Positions 1 to 10,100 of a DNA stretch of 64,000 nucleotides are shown here, piece after piece; within the stretch, counting starts at the first letter, position 1; each line of letters starts with the position of its first letter. The notes beneath the pieces are model-generated. The model saw nothing but the letters and a program-made list of their open reading frames with translations. It was not told the DNA's origin and searched no databases. The position numbers and the translations under genes were made by a program. Source of the DNA: a virus; the IMG/VR virus record IMGVR_UViG_3300031873_000003, positions 29,791 through 93,790 of that record. One strand, given 5' to 3'.

Positions 1-17
1 TAAAGGAGGCAATAATT

Positions 18-341
18 ATGGATAACGGGAATCAACAAAAAAGGCCAAATGCAACTCGACGAGCATTCTCTGAATATTTTAAACCCTCATTAACTAAAAC
101 CTCATCAGGAGCCGTGGATTATATTCCCCGGCCAATGAAGTCCCCAATCATTGCAAGAGAAGAGAGAGAAACTACTATTAGAGGAGGCGGGGAGCTGAAT
201 TTGTTGAAAAATAAGACACCATTATTCCCAAGGGCTAAAGGGGGGCCTGTTTCTCCTGGAAGATCCCTTATGAAAATGAAGGGTAGCGCATTGTCGGGGT
301 TCATGCCGGAAGCCAAGAAATTGAAGAAGGGGAGCAAATGA
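18..341 (+). CDS. hypothetical basic protein
   Basis: GGAGG RBS before the ATG; stop overlaps the next start (ATGA). Confidence 0.55.
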   Translation: MDNGNQQKRPNATRRAFSEYFKPSLTKTSSGAVDYIPRPMKSPIIAREERETTIRGGGELNLLKNKTPLFPRAKGGPVSPGRSLMKMKGSALSGFMPEAKKLKKGSK

Positions 342-694
342 CAGATAGCATTTCTGGGGGGATGGCGGTCGATATTTTGACCGGTAGGCCAAAGGGCGTC
401 TATCCTACGGAAAAAGATCGGTTACTGGAAGGGCAACTTGAGGTGGATGTCGCCACAGGTTTTGAGGCAGACCAGAAACTCAAGACAAGGGCCGGAAAAC
501 TATTCGTATCCCTGATTGACGCTTCCCTCCAGCGACGCATTGAAGAGTTGGTAAATGCCGATCCAGAGTCGATGGCCCTCCTTGGGTTACTATCGAAACT
601 TGGGCATGACATCCAAAAAGGAGAGGCGGCGGCCAAGAGGTTAACACGGATGAGATTGGGAAGGCAATCGAGAGAACTACCGAGTATAGAATAA
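338..694 (+). CDS. hypothetical protein upstream of scaffold
   Basis: 118-aa ORF translationally coupled to the previous gene. Confidence 0.65.
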   Translation: MTDSISGGMAVDILTGRPKGVYPTEKDRLLEGQLEVDVATGFEADQKLKTRAGKLFVSLIDASLQRRIEELVNADPESMALLGLLSKLGHDIQKGEAAAKRLTRMRLGRQSRELPSIE

Positions 695-802
695 TTCTGC
701 ATCCATTAAACGCCCCTGCTCTTAACGCAGATTCGGTGTTTTTGGAAATATAAGAAAGGCTTGGACCCCTACAAAAGGGATTCTCCAGGAGAGTGAAGAT
801 TA

Positions 803-1828
803 ATGGGAAGACAGGTTACGGCAAAAGAGTTGGATCTGGATGATGGGTACGAGGAAAGGGATGATGTCCCTGCTGGCGAGGGTCCCGATAAGGATTCACC
901 CGAAACCAAATTTAAGGGCGCACCCGATCATGGCGCAATAGGGGCAGAAGTAGTTGAAGAGGAAGTGGAAGAAGCAAAGGCACGGCAGAAAAAGGCTGAC
1001 AAAGACCGAGCGGCAGAGGAGTCAGAAAAAGTAGAGGGAGGGGAAAATGAAAAAGAACAACCCCTTCAATACAAAGACCAGGTCGCCGCTGAAAAGGCCG
1101 TCAGAGAAGCCAAAAGGAAGATGACGGAGGCCACCACAAAGGCTGCGAAGTTACAAAGCATTGTCACAGACCTTGAAAAACGTGTGCAAACAGCCTCCAG
1201 TGAAGCTCCCAATACGGCTCCTGCCGAAAACCCCTGGGATATGAAACGCCAGAAGGTTGCCGATGACACCATAACCAAGGCTGCGGCCATTGCGTCTCCC
1301 GCACCACCACAGGACAGGGATGATCCAGACTTCGACGCCAAGTGGACCGATTATCAAAAGAAGATGGGGGAATACAACGCAAAGGTAGCAAGAGCGTGGG
1401 CGGATGCGCAAACAGAGATTGCCAATCTTGCAATCGAAGAGCGTGAGGAAGCCAAAAAAAACAAAGAAACCGTTATCTTCGCTGTTGATAACGCACTTGA
1501 GGAAGCTGGACTAATCACCGACAAGTCGTCCCAGAAAGAGAAAGATAGCGTACTGAAACTCTTCTGGTCGATGTCGGGAGACGTATCAAAGTCTCTTCCA
1601 ATGGAAGACCAGATCAAACAGACCGCCGATCTGTGTAAGGATTTTGTTGATGAACTTAGAGGCAAAGAGAGGGAGCGTGTCAAGAAAGAGAAAATTAACC
1701 AGGACGATCTACAGGTCTTGGGACGTGGCTCCAGAGTAACCACCCAAAAACAACCGGAGATCACTCTAACCATAGGGGAAGCTCAAAGAGCAGTTATGGA
1801 AAGGAGAAGACTCCGCCGTAATCCATAA
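803..1828 (+). CDS. putative capsid scaffolding protein
   Basis: Acidic, coiled-coil-like 341-aa ORF directly upstream of the major capsid gene. Confidence 0.65.
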   Translation: MGRQVTAKELDLDDGYEERDDVPAGEGPDKDSPETKFKGAPDHGAIGAEVVEEEVEEAKARQKKADKDRAAEESEKVEGGENEKEQPLQYKDQVAAEKAVREAKRKMTEATTKAAKLQSIVTDLEKRVQTASSEAPNTAPAENPWDMKRQKVADDTITKAAAIASPAPPQDRDDPDFDAKWTDYQKKMGEYNAKVARAWADAQTEIANLAIEEREEAKKNKETVIFAVDNALEEAGLITDKSSQKEKDSVLKLFWSMSGDVSKSLPMEDQIKQTADLCKDFVDELRGKERERVKKEKINQDDLQVLGRGSRVTTQKQPEITLTIGEAQRAVMERRRLRRNP

Positions 1829-1841
1829 GGAGGAATATATC

Positions 1842-3349
1842 ATGGCAGAAATGACATGGGAATTTAGTGCACCATCAGGCGTCAATGTAGGCGCCATTAA
1901 GGAGTGATTCTTAATGCAAACCCAGAATTTGCTGGAAACACCGAGAATCCAACACTACTTGCCAGAAGGCAGTGAAAACGTGCTTGGTGCGGTCAATCAG
2001 CAGGCAGAACAACCCTTAGCGAATGCTATGCCAACTCTTTACGAAGAGGTAGGTTGTTCGGCCCCAGAGACTTACAATGGGCATCTCTTACGAGAGATGG
2101 TGATAAAGTCCGGCCCTCCGGCGACGGAAGGGATGAGCCGCTACAAAAATTCCGCTATAAGTTCGAAGCTCCGTGAACAGTCGATTGCCGAGTCCAAGTT
2201 CATGGATTTCGTCAGGACGGAACCGGGTTTCGGAAAAAAGCGCGGAGAATCTATCACCATTACACGGGCTGATATTTTGACACAGCCTACCAGCGCCACC
2301 CTCTCCGAACACGATCGGATTCCTGTGGACGACTTTTCTCTGTCTACCACAGCTATCACAGTGTCGGAGTATGGCCGAGCAGTAACATTTACTCACATGA
2401 GTCAATTGCTTTCAAGGTTTGACCCACAAGACCCGATCCAGAAGGCTTTGCGGAAACAGATGACCAAGGCGCTGGACAGGCTTGCGGCAACAACCATGAA
2501 GACGACCTACCTTATTTACGCTCCAACCTCATTGACGGGTGGAACGTTCATGGAGGACGGGACGATTGACACGGCGGCCTTAGTGAACGTCAACATCGAT
2601 CACCTTGGGGCCATCAGGGATGCCTTTGCGGACACCTACGTCGTAGACCCCTACGAGGGAGACGACTACATTGGGCTGCTCTCAACAAAGGCCCTCAGAG
2701 GAATCAAGTCTGACGAAAATTTTGAGACTTGGAAACAGTATCTCCGGGAAGGAGACACCCTGCACAATTCCGAGGTCGGAAAGGTTGAGTCTATTCGGTG
2801 TATCGAGATCAAGGATACCAGTTGCCTTGCCAACAACAAGGGAACGGGATCTGTTCTTGGAGAAGGGATCATCTTCGGAGATGACTTCTGCGCCATGATC
2901 GAGGCAGAAACGCCAGAGGTTAGGGTACAGGTCAACTTCGGACAAGATCATGGTAGAGTGAACTCAGCAGCCTGGTACGGTGTTGAACCCAACTACTTGA
3001 ATTAATTGGGGAATGGCACCATTAAGGAGCGATCTTTAATGAAAAACCCTGAATTTGCTGGAATAACCGAGAATCCGACACTACTCGCCAATGGCAGTGA
3101 AAATGTGTTCGGTGCGGTCAATCAGCAGACAGGACGATCCTTAGCGTCTTCAAACGCTTTGCCAACTCTTACCGAAAGAGGTAGATCGTCCGGTTTCAGA
3201 GGCCACCAAGGGGCATCTCCACAAGGAGATGATGGTATGGTCCATCCCACCGGCGACGGATGGGGAGCCAATGCGTAGGCTTAGGTTTAGTTTGGCCGTT
3301 GACTGCCACGGCAGGAAAAGTCCGAGGGGCGTTCATAAGTTCCTCGTGA
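1842..3349 (+). CDS. major capsid protein, spliced: join(1842..1882,2141..2983,3274..3349), 319 aa
   Basis: AGGAGG RBS before ATG 1842. Removing two group I introns gives one frame, MAEMTWEFSAPSGV-YKNSAISSKL...AWYGV-VGLGLVWPLTATAGKVRGAFISSS*. Capsid-like motifs GESITI, EYGRAV, EVGKVESIR. Confidence 0.85.
1883..2140 (+). ncRNA. group I intron 1 (258 nt, no ORF) in the major capsid gene
   Basis: 5' exon ends GGCGU and pairs with GCGCC 1891-1895 (U-G wobble, P1). UGUAG 1886-1890 pairs with 3' exon CUACA (P10). Core elements GAAUUUGCUGGAAA, AAUCAGCAGG, CAGAGACUUACA, GAUAAAGUCC. Terminal G at 2140. In-frame TGA at 1905 makes splicing necessary. Confidence 0.92.
2984..3273 (+). ncRNA. group I intron 2 (290 nt, no ORF) in the major capsid gene
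   Basis: Exon GGUGU pairs with GCACC 3016-3020. Same core as intron 1, with compensatory P7 changes (GGCCA 3201-3205 / UGGUC 3238-3242). Terminal G at 3273 restores the frame. Confidence 0.87.
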
Positions 3350-3365
3350 TAATTGAGGAATTTTA

Positions 3366-3498
3366 AGAATGATAGCGGCGGGAATCGCCGGTACTGCCAG
3401 TCGAGGCACTGTTAGTCGAGCCAGGGGGCGAAAACCCTCTGTCCTTGCCCGTGCCGTTGAAGCTGGAAGCCCCCGCCTTTAGGCGTGGGGTAATTCAC
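3366..3498 (+). mobile_element. orphan IS200/IS605 right end, TnpB omega-RNA-like scaffold (no tnpB)
   Basis: GCGGCGGGAATCGCCG...GAAGCTGGAAGCCCCCGCCTTTAGGCGTGGGGTAATTCAC; subterminal hairpin and TCAC terminus; left boundary approximate. Confidence 0.65.
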
Positions 3499-3598
3499 AT
3501 AGGGCAGGAACTGCCCAAATCAACGTTTGGGGAGAGGCGGTGTATCAATGCCCTTCAACGAACCAAGAAGCCCCGTCCGTAAGGGCGGGGTAGTTCAC
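3499..3598 (+). mobile_element. second orphan IS200/IS605 right end, omega-RNA-like scaffold in tandem
   Basis: AGGGCAGGAACTGCCC...AAGAAGCCCCGTCCGTAAGGGCGGGGTAGTTCAC. Confidence 0.65.
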
Positions 3599-3637
3599 AC
3601 AATCTTACGCTAAGGCGTAAAAAAGGAGGTAACAACG

Positions 3638-4087
3638 ATGGCTTACACAGATTCTAAGTGTTTATGTATTGGTGAAGGAGAAGCAACATCAGCTACTTTA
3701 GGTTTTGCCGCAAGTGCAACGGTTGTTTGCTTGGTGAGACAGCCCTGTACCCTTTATGCGGTTGGTGCTCTGGTCCGGGTAGTCATGGATACAAATGCCG
3801 CAGCCATAGTGGTGACTCGAAGAGTTATCCCGAATAGCGATGTCGGTGCAACGGCGGTGGCTACCGTTACCCTTCCAACCCTCACCGCTGCGGGGAAGAT
3901 TGTCTATAAGGGAGGTGTTAATCCGCAGACCGTCGCAAATCTTCTTCCTGTCAAGCTCAATGCTGGGGATGAATTAAAATTTGTTGCGGATGGTGGAGGA
4001 GGGTCTTATTACTGGAAGCCCTGGTTTGAGGCATATCCTCGACCAGAAACGATGGATAACAACACTGACTTTATTGAAAGTGCATAA
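3638..4087 (+). CDS. putative head decoration or minor capsid protein
   Basis: AGGAGG RBS; beta-strand-rich Ala/Val/Thr composition; follows the major capsid gene. Confidence 0.6.
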   Translation: MAYTDSKCLCIGEGEATSATLGFAASATVVCLVRQPCTLYAVGALVRVVMDTNAAAIVVTRRVIPNSDVGATAVATVTLPTLTAAGKIVYKGGVNPQTVANLLPVKLNAGDELKFVADGGGGSYYWKPWFEAYPRPETMDNNTDFIESA

Positions 4088-4210
4088 CCTAACCCGGGGA
4101 GGGAGCCTAGTCTCTCTCCCCGCAATGTCTCTGTAGGTATTCAACCCTCGCTCTAACTGGGGGATACCCCAAATACTAATGAGGGCAAGGGAAACTAATG
4201 GAGGTGAAAT

Positions 4211-5476
4211 ATGGGCAGTATCGTAGCAACAGACGTAACGATTACGGGGCACCTTAATCGCTTAGGCAGAAAGAAAATGTATGACGCAACCCTCACCTTT
4301 GGGGGTGGCGCACTTCAGTATCCTTATGGCGGGGTACCTCTTCCCCCGATAGGAAGATTCGGGATGCATTCTGCTCCTGAAATGGAAATTTCCCAGCCGG
4401 ACACATCAGGAATTATCTGGAAGTATGATCAGACAAACCACAAACTTAAGGCATATCATAGGGCGCCGGTGGTTGTGTTTGAAGAAGTGGTTACGTCGAC
4501 ACATGGAGTAACTTATTCAACCGGCACGACAAAATACCCTATGGCATGGCCTCTTTATGCCAGCAATGGGAACCAGGCTCTTGGGCTCTTGCCTGCCGGC
4601 CTCAATCCTGTGACCACAACGATTGCGATCAACATGTATTCGGCAACCCCGGGAACAAGAGCGTTGATCACATCGTTACATGCAACAGATCATTATGACA
4701 CCGTTACAATCAGTTACATCACTCAGGCATGGGCAGAAGTGTTTGAAAATCTGGTGGAAGCTGAGACCATGACTGCCGGTGCAACGACCACAAACGGGAT
4801 TACGCTTACTGCGGACGTGGGGACAACAGACCTCATTAGCTTTTTAACGCCTGGCCCATTTCTATGTGGCTTGATGGTCGGATTGAGCCGAGCTGGAACC
4901 GTAACCTGTCCAAAACCATTAGGTTTGTTACAGGTTGCTGCGGCAGGAGAATATGCACTTGACTTTACGGATGCAAACCCAGTTGCAACGACTATGGCAA
5001 GTCTCGCAAGCCAAGCATGGGATGCGGGAACGGCTATTATCAAATTTAACTACCTCAAAAAGCCCTCTTCAGGTTTTCTCTATGATAGGTTCGTAGAAGA
5101 AGAGGCCATTACGGCCAGTGGTCAGATAGCTACTCATGCGGCTGGGGGCGATGTTTTGCAGCCTCTCTTATGGGCAACCCCTGGGTTTATGCCTTCAGTG
5201 ACGGTTAGCACAACCTCCGCTACCTGGCCTATCGGTGGTACAGGCATGACAATAGGGACGACCGCACAATGGCAGCCAACAAATTTTTATCCGAAACAGA
5301 AATTAACGACGGCTGCAACATGGACTTCAGGGACAGGGGTCTTAGTAACCCTTGCAGTTAAACCCTCTTATATTTGGGGGATTCCAGAGGATATTGACGT
5401 TATCGTTCCCCTTGAGATGCCGCACGGAGTGAGATTGAAAAGTCGAAGTATCCGGGCACAGGTCTGGGGACAGTAA
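4211..5476 (+). CDS. putative virion structural or decoration protein
   Basis: GGAGG RBS; Thr/Ala/Gly-rich 421 aa; N-terminal YPYGGVPL...YDQTNHKLKAY motif typical of head-associated proteins. Confidence 0.6.
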   Translation: MGSIVATDVTITGHLNRLGRKKMYDATLTFGGGALQYPYGGVPLPPIGRFGMHSAPEMEISQPDTSGIIWKYDQTNHKLKAYHRAPVVVFEEVVTSTHGVTYSTGTTKYPMAWPLYASNGNQALGLLPAGLNPVTTTIAINMYSATPGTRALITSLHATDHYDTVTISYITQAWAEVFENLVEAETMTAGATTTNGITLTADVGTTDLISFLTPGPFLCGLMVGLSRAGTVTCPKPLGLLQVAAAGEYALDFTDANPVATTMASLASQAWDAGTAIIKFNYLKKPSSGFLYDRFVEEEAITASGQIATHAAGGDVLQPLLWATPGFMPSVTVSTTSATWPIGGTGMTIGTTAQWQPTNFYPKQKLTTAATWTSGTGVLVTLAVKPSYIWGIPEDIDVIVPLEMPHGVRLKSRSIRAQVWGQ

Positions 5477-5496
5477 TCAGATCGTTTATGATTATC

Positions 5497-5530
5497 GTGG
5501 GAGCCTCGTTTCTTGAGGCCCCCACTTTTC
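5497..5530 (+). terminator. probable intrinsic terminator
   Basis: GTGGGAGCCTC-loop-GAGGCCCCCAC followed by TTTT. Confidence 0.55.
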
Positions 5531-5554
5531 TAAAAAACAGAAAGGAGATCATAG

Positions 5555-6010
5555 ATGTTGCCACAACCAACAAGGACGGAAGGGTCGAGAAAGACGTTGA
5601 ATGGAAGGGAGGTTTGGACAAGGCATAATTTTACGACTGAGCAAGGCAATGTTTTAGAAACGATGGGTGGAGAATATATCCTCCCCAACGGGGAACCAGC
5701 GACAGATAGGGCTATCCTTGAGTTGCTTCCCGATCAGCATAAGCAAAAAGCTCTTGCGTGGTGGGACAGGATGTTTGGTGGAAGCCAGACACAGGAAAAA
5801 CCAGTCCATACGACAGAGTTTGTGCCGGAAACAGTTGAATCTCTGATGGCGCAAATGGCAATCATTCAGGAACGAATCGCTACGGTCCAGGGAGCAAAGG
5901 TTGCGAAGGACGTGGAGCCTGATGCTGACAAAGAACCCAAGAAGCCGCCGGTAAAGTCAAGAACCGAGAAGATACCCGATGTCCTTGCCCAGATGGGCAT
6001 AGCGAGGTGA
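5555..6010 (+). CDS. hypothetical protein
   Basis: AGGAG RBS, 151 aa. Confidence 0.6.
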   Translation: MLPQPTRTEGSRKTLNGREVWTRHNFTTEQGNVLETMGGEYILPNGEPATDRAILELLPDQHKQKALAWWDRMFGGSQTQEKPVHTTEFVPETVESLMAQMAIIQERIATVQGAKVAKDVEPDADKEPKKPPVKSRTEKIPDVLAQMGIAR

Positions 6011-6014
6011 ATGA

Positions 6015-6167
6015 GTGACCCAAACAGTTGCCGAAGGGACTACTGACCCCAACCCGGGGACAAGCAGCGTTACACATTGTCCGAAATGCGGAAATATCTT
6101 CATTATGGACGAAGATTTTGAGAATAAGTGTCCATTCTGCGGGTACTCGTTCGAGAATAAGGATTAG
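6015..6167 (+). CDS. small zinc-ribbon protein (50 aa, not in the ORF track)
   Basis: GAGGTG RBS, GTG start, CPKC...CPFC motifs. Confidence 0.5.
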   Translation: MTQTVAEGTTDPNPGTSSVTHCPKCGNIFIMDEDFENKCPFCGYSFENKD

Positions 6168-6174
6168 GATTGAA

Positions 6175-6399
6175 GTGTCGCCGAACGCATTCCCCTGATT
6201 TTAATCGGGGGTAAGTGAGGCACTTGACAAATTCAGGTAGGGCAGGATATGCCCTAATTAACGCCTGTGGAGAGACTCACCTCTGCTTTTCGATTTCGTC
6301 GAAAAGTAAGTGGACTCAAAGAAGCAGGAACCGTACTTGGAGGTTGCTAATGAGCAACCAACAAGGATGCCCCCGAATTCATTCGGGGGAGGATGTCAC
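6175..6399 (+). mobile_element. miniature non-autonomous IS200/IS605-family element with omega-RNA-like 3' part
   Basis: Left hairpin CCCCTGATTTTAATCGGGGG; scaffold AGGGCAGGATATGCCC..GCCTGTGGAG..GAAGCAGGAA; right hairpin CCCCCGAATTCATTCGGGGGAGGATGTCAC; left boundary approximate. Confidence 0.7.
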
Positions 6400-6434
6400 G
6401 TGGGAGGAAACTTAACAGAGGTGGAGAAGGTGTA

Positions 6435-7121
6435 ATGTGTGAATTAATAGTGAAGGCGGTAGATGCAACTCATCCAGACCCTGAGAAGGATAGAAGAGGA
6501 TGCTATAAAAGGGGATACCCTGTCGCAGTCTATCCTGATGGAACTAAGTGGGGAGCCTGTGAGTGTTTACCCAGGTTTGTCATTATCAAATTTCCTGGAG
6601 TTCCTGTAGATAATCCAATAGTGCAGAAATATACGAAACCTCATATTGAACCTTGTCAACAGACAAGAAGTTGGAATATTATCGAGTGGAATAGAGCTGT
6701 AGCAAGGAGTAAGTATCGGGAATTTTTATCCAAGCCTGTGGTTCTATCTACAGTGGATGAACCTTTTGAGAAAATAATTACTTTGGATCAATGGCAGGAA
6801 ATGCAGGATGAAAACGATTATTATCCATTTTTTGTAATGCCAACCATTGAAATCCTTATAGGAGAAATAACAGGAATAAAGTTGTCTGGAACTGTTCGTT
6901 TAGTTGAGCTACAGGGAGATATTAATACAACCATTATAAGGAGGCTTTGGCAAATACGTTGGGCGTCTTTGCCTCTTGTAGCAAGAAATAAGTTGGCATC
7001 GTTGGGAGAGTTAGTGATAAAGGTTGGTTTATATGGTGGCACGTATGATTACACTTGGGCACAGGTGAAAGGTTATTTCAGGAACCAGCAGACCAATCTG
7101 GATGAGACCGAGGACTTATAA
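6435..7121 (+). CDS. hypothetical virion-associated protein
   Basis: Likely start MCELIVKA after GGAG. The longer start in the ORF track lies inside the IS end. Confidence 0.6.
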   Translation: MCELIVKAVDATHPDPEKDRRGCYKRGYPVAVYPDGTKWGACECLPRFVIIKFPGVPVDNPIVQKYTKPHIEPCQQTRSWNIIEWNRAVARSKYREFLSKPVVLSTVDEPFEKIITLDQWQEMQDENDYYPFFVMPTIEILIGEITGIKLSGTVRLVELQGDINTTIIRRLWQIRWASLPLVARNKLASLGELVIKVGLYGGTYDYTWAQVKGYFRNQQTNLDETEDL

Positions 7122-10100
7122 ATGGCAACAGAAGTAACCCATATAGTTGACCCTGGAGAAGGTGCAGGACACGATTACCATTCCCTATCCTTATGGGAGG
7201 CTGGTGAAGTGGGCGACCTCACGGGCGTAAGGGATGAGATCGCTGTTGCCAAGTGCCGAGCTACAGATGGGGATGCGGATACGACTGCCGTAGTTCTTGA
7301 CGGTTGGATAACTTCCCCCACCCAGTATATCAAAATCTGGACTGATCCTGCGGAATCACATCGCCATGATGGGAAATGGAATACAAGTAAATATCGTCTA
7401 ACTGTTAGTGGTGCTTATACAATACAAAATAGTGAAAATTATACGAAAATAGATGGTATCCAATTTTCCGGGAATACGGGCGCCATATATAGGGGTTTGG
7501 CAATCGGTGCTCTTTCAAATTGTATATTAAATGGACTTAATACTAATAATCTTTCTGGTGTGTTACAAGAATCTGGAGGAGCGGTTACTTGTTGGAATGT
7601 TGTTGTTTTCAATTTGGGGACTGGTGCGAGTGGTTTTATTTCTTATACAAATGGTTCTAATTTTCGTAATTGTACTGCTTTTAATTGTGATAACGTAGGT
7701 ATCGAGAATGGTTATGCGGATGCTGTAGCAACAAATTGTGTGGCACTTACTTGTGGGTCTTGCTTTGATGGCGGTATTGTTGGAAATTATAATTGTTCCT
7801 CAGATACGACTGCTCCTGGGGCTAACTCTCTAAAAAGTAAGTCCGCAGCAAATAATTTTGTTGATATAGGTGCCGGAACAGAAGATTTGCATCTAAAACT
7901 TGGTGCAGATTGTATAGATACAGGAACTGATTTATCTGCTTATTTTACAACTGACATAGATGGTACGACCCGACCGACAGGAGCAAATACCTGGGACATC
8001 GGGGCGGATGAGTATGTAGCTGGTGCAGAATCCCTATCTCCATCTGCTAGTCCTAGTTTAAGTCCATCACCATCCTTATCTCCCAGTGCAAGTTTGTCTC
8101 CTTCCGAGTCGCCATCCCTATCCCCCAGTGCAAGCTTGTCTCCATCTGCCTCGCTTTCGTCTTCTCTTAGTCCTTCGACCTCACCGTCAAAAAGTCCATC
8201 TAAAAGTCCTTCGACCTCACCCTCCAGGAGTCCCTCCAAAAGTCCCTCCAGGAGTCCCAGCGCCAGCCCAAGCTTAAGTCCATCAGCGTCAGCGTCTCCG
8301 TCTTTATCACCATCTATTTCCCCAAGCATATCTCCTTCGGGATCTCCTTCGTTAAGTGCGAGTATAAGTCCAAGTGAGAGCCCGAGTTTGTCACCTTCGG
8401 CTTCGGTAAGCCCGTCTGTCAGTCCTTCAGTCAGTCCATCGGCATCTCCGTCAATGTCACCGAGTGTATCACCGTCGGCATCGCCTTCCGTATCGCCAAG
8501 CCTGAGTCCATCAGCTTCTATTAGCCCTTCGCTTAGTCCATCTGCGAGTCCCTCGGAGAGCCCAAGTGAATCACCGTCGTTGAGTCCTTCTGCTTCAGTT
8601 TCACCAAGCGAATTGCCATCTGTATCACCGAGTATTTCCCCTTCGGGATCACCAAGTGAAAGTCCAAGCCTGTCTCCAAGCGTAAGCCCATCGGAATCTT
8701 TTTCAGAAAGTCCCTCAGAGTCGCCATCCTTATTACCCTCGGCCTCTGTGAGTCCTTCTTTGTCCCCATCTGCAAGCGTGTCACCTTCCGAGTCACCATC
8801 GTTGAGTCCGAGCATCTCACCATCGGTATCTCCATCTGCATCCCCATCACTATCTCCATCAGCGAGTATAAGTCCGTCGGTATCTCCATCAGTTTCACCC
8901 AGCGAAAGTCCTTCATTAAGCCCATCGGCTTCCGTAAGTCCCTCGGTTTCACCTTCGTTATCACCTTCTATCAGTCCAAGCATTAGTCCAAGTCTATCAC
9001 CATCCGTTAGCCCAAGCAAAAGTCCTTCATTAAGCCCCAGCGCTTCACTATCTCCAAGTGTTTCACCAAGCGTCTCTCCATCAGTGAGTCCCAGTATTAG
9101 TCCTTCGGTAAGCCCCTCATTGTCTCCAAGTGCTTCGGTTTCACCGAGTATCAGTCCATCTCTATCGCCGAGCATAAGTCCGAGTGTTAGCCCAAGTGTT
9201 TCACCCAGTATATCACCGTCAATAAGCCCATCTGAATCACCATCGTTTTCTCCGTCAGTTTCGCCATCTGTATCGCCAAGCGTAAGTCCTTCAATCAGTC
9301 CAAGTTTATCACCGTCCCTGAGCCCATCAGTTTCACCATCGGTAAGTCCATCAATCAGTCCATCGGCGTCACCGTCCATGAGTCCGTCTTTAAGCCCCAG
9401 TGCTTCTGTCTCTCCATCAATGTCTCCCTCGGCTTCTCCGAGTTTATCTCCTTCTATTTCGCCATCGGTATCGCCAAGCGTAAGTCCTTCAATCAGTCCA
9501 TCGGTTAGCCCGTCTGTAAGTCCGAGCATTAGTCCATCATTAAGTCCCAGTTTAAGTCCTTCAAAGAGTCCAAGTTTAAGTCCCAGTGCATCATTAAGTC
9601 CCAGTTTAAGTCCGTCTTTATCACCTTCCGAGAGCCCTTCACTTTTACCATCGGCTTCGCTCTCCCCGAGCTTGTCACCGAGCGCCAGCCCAAGCGTATC
9701 ACCATCGGAATCTCCGAGCTTATCGCCCTCGGCTTCGGTAAGTCCTTCCATAAGCCCGAGTTTGTCGGCTTCTGAATCTCCCTCGGTATCCCCAAGCTTT
9801 AGTCCGAGTGAATCACCATCCCTGAGTCCATCCGTTAGTCTTTCAATCTCTCCGTCGATCAGCCCCTCGGTTAGTCCGAGCAAATCACCTTCGGTTTCAC
9901 CCTCTGAGAGTCCGAGTTTAAGTCCTTCCATTAGTCCATCTCTCAGCCCTTCAGCGAGCGTTTCACCATCGATTAGTCCATCCCTCTCCTTAAGTGAGTC
10001 ACCATCGGTAAGCTATAGCCTATCGCCCAGCGCAAGTCCGTCCCTTAGCCCATCGATCTCACCCTCGGAGAGTGCAAGCTTAAGTCCAAGTATCAGTCCT

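Noticed and set aside
1914-2140. N-terminus of ORF 1914..3005 as the capsid start
   Set aside because: It lies inside intron 1; the start with an RBS is at 1842.
3006-3278. 90-aa ORF as an intron-encoded endonuclease
   Set aside because: It is a translation of the ribozyme core and has no nuclease motif.
7940-9931. Long - strand GD/EG/LG-rich ORFs (also 27616..28215, 29290..29820, 33500..35050)
   Set aside because: Antisense shadows of the SPSx repeats; no RBS or independent domain.
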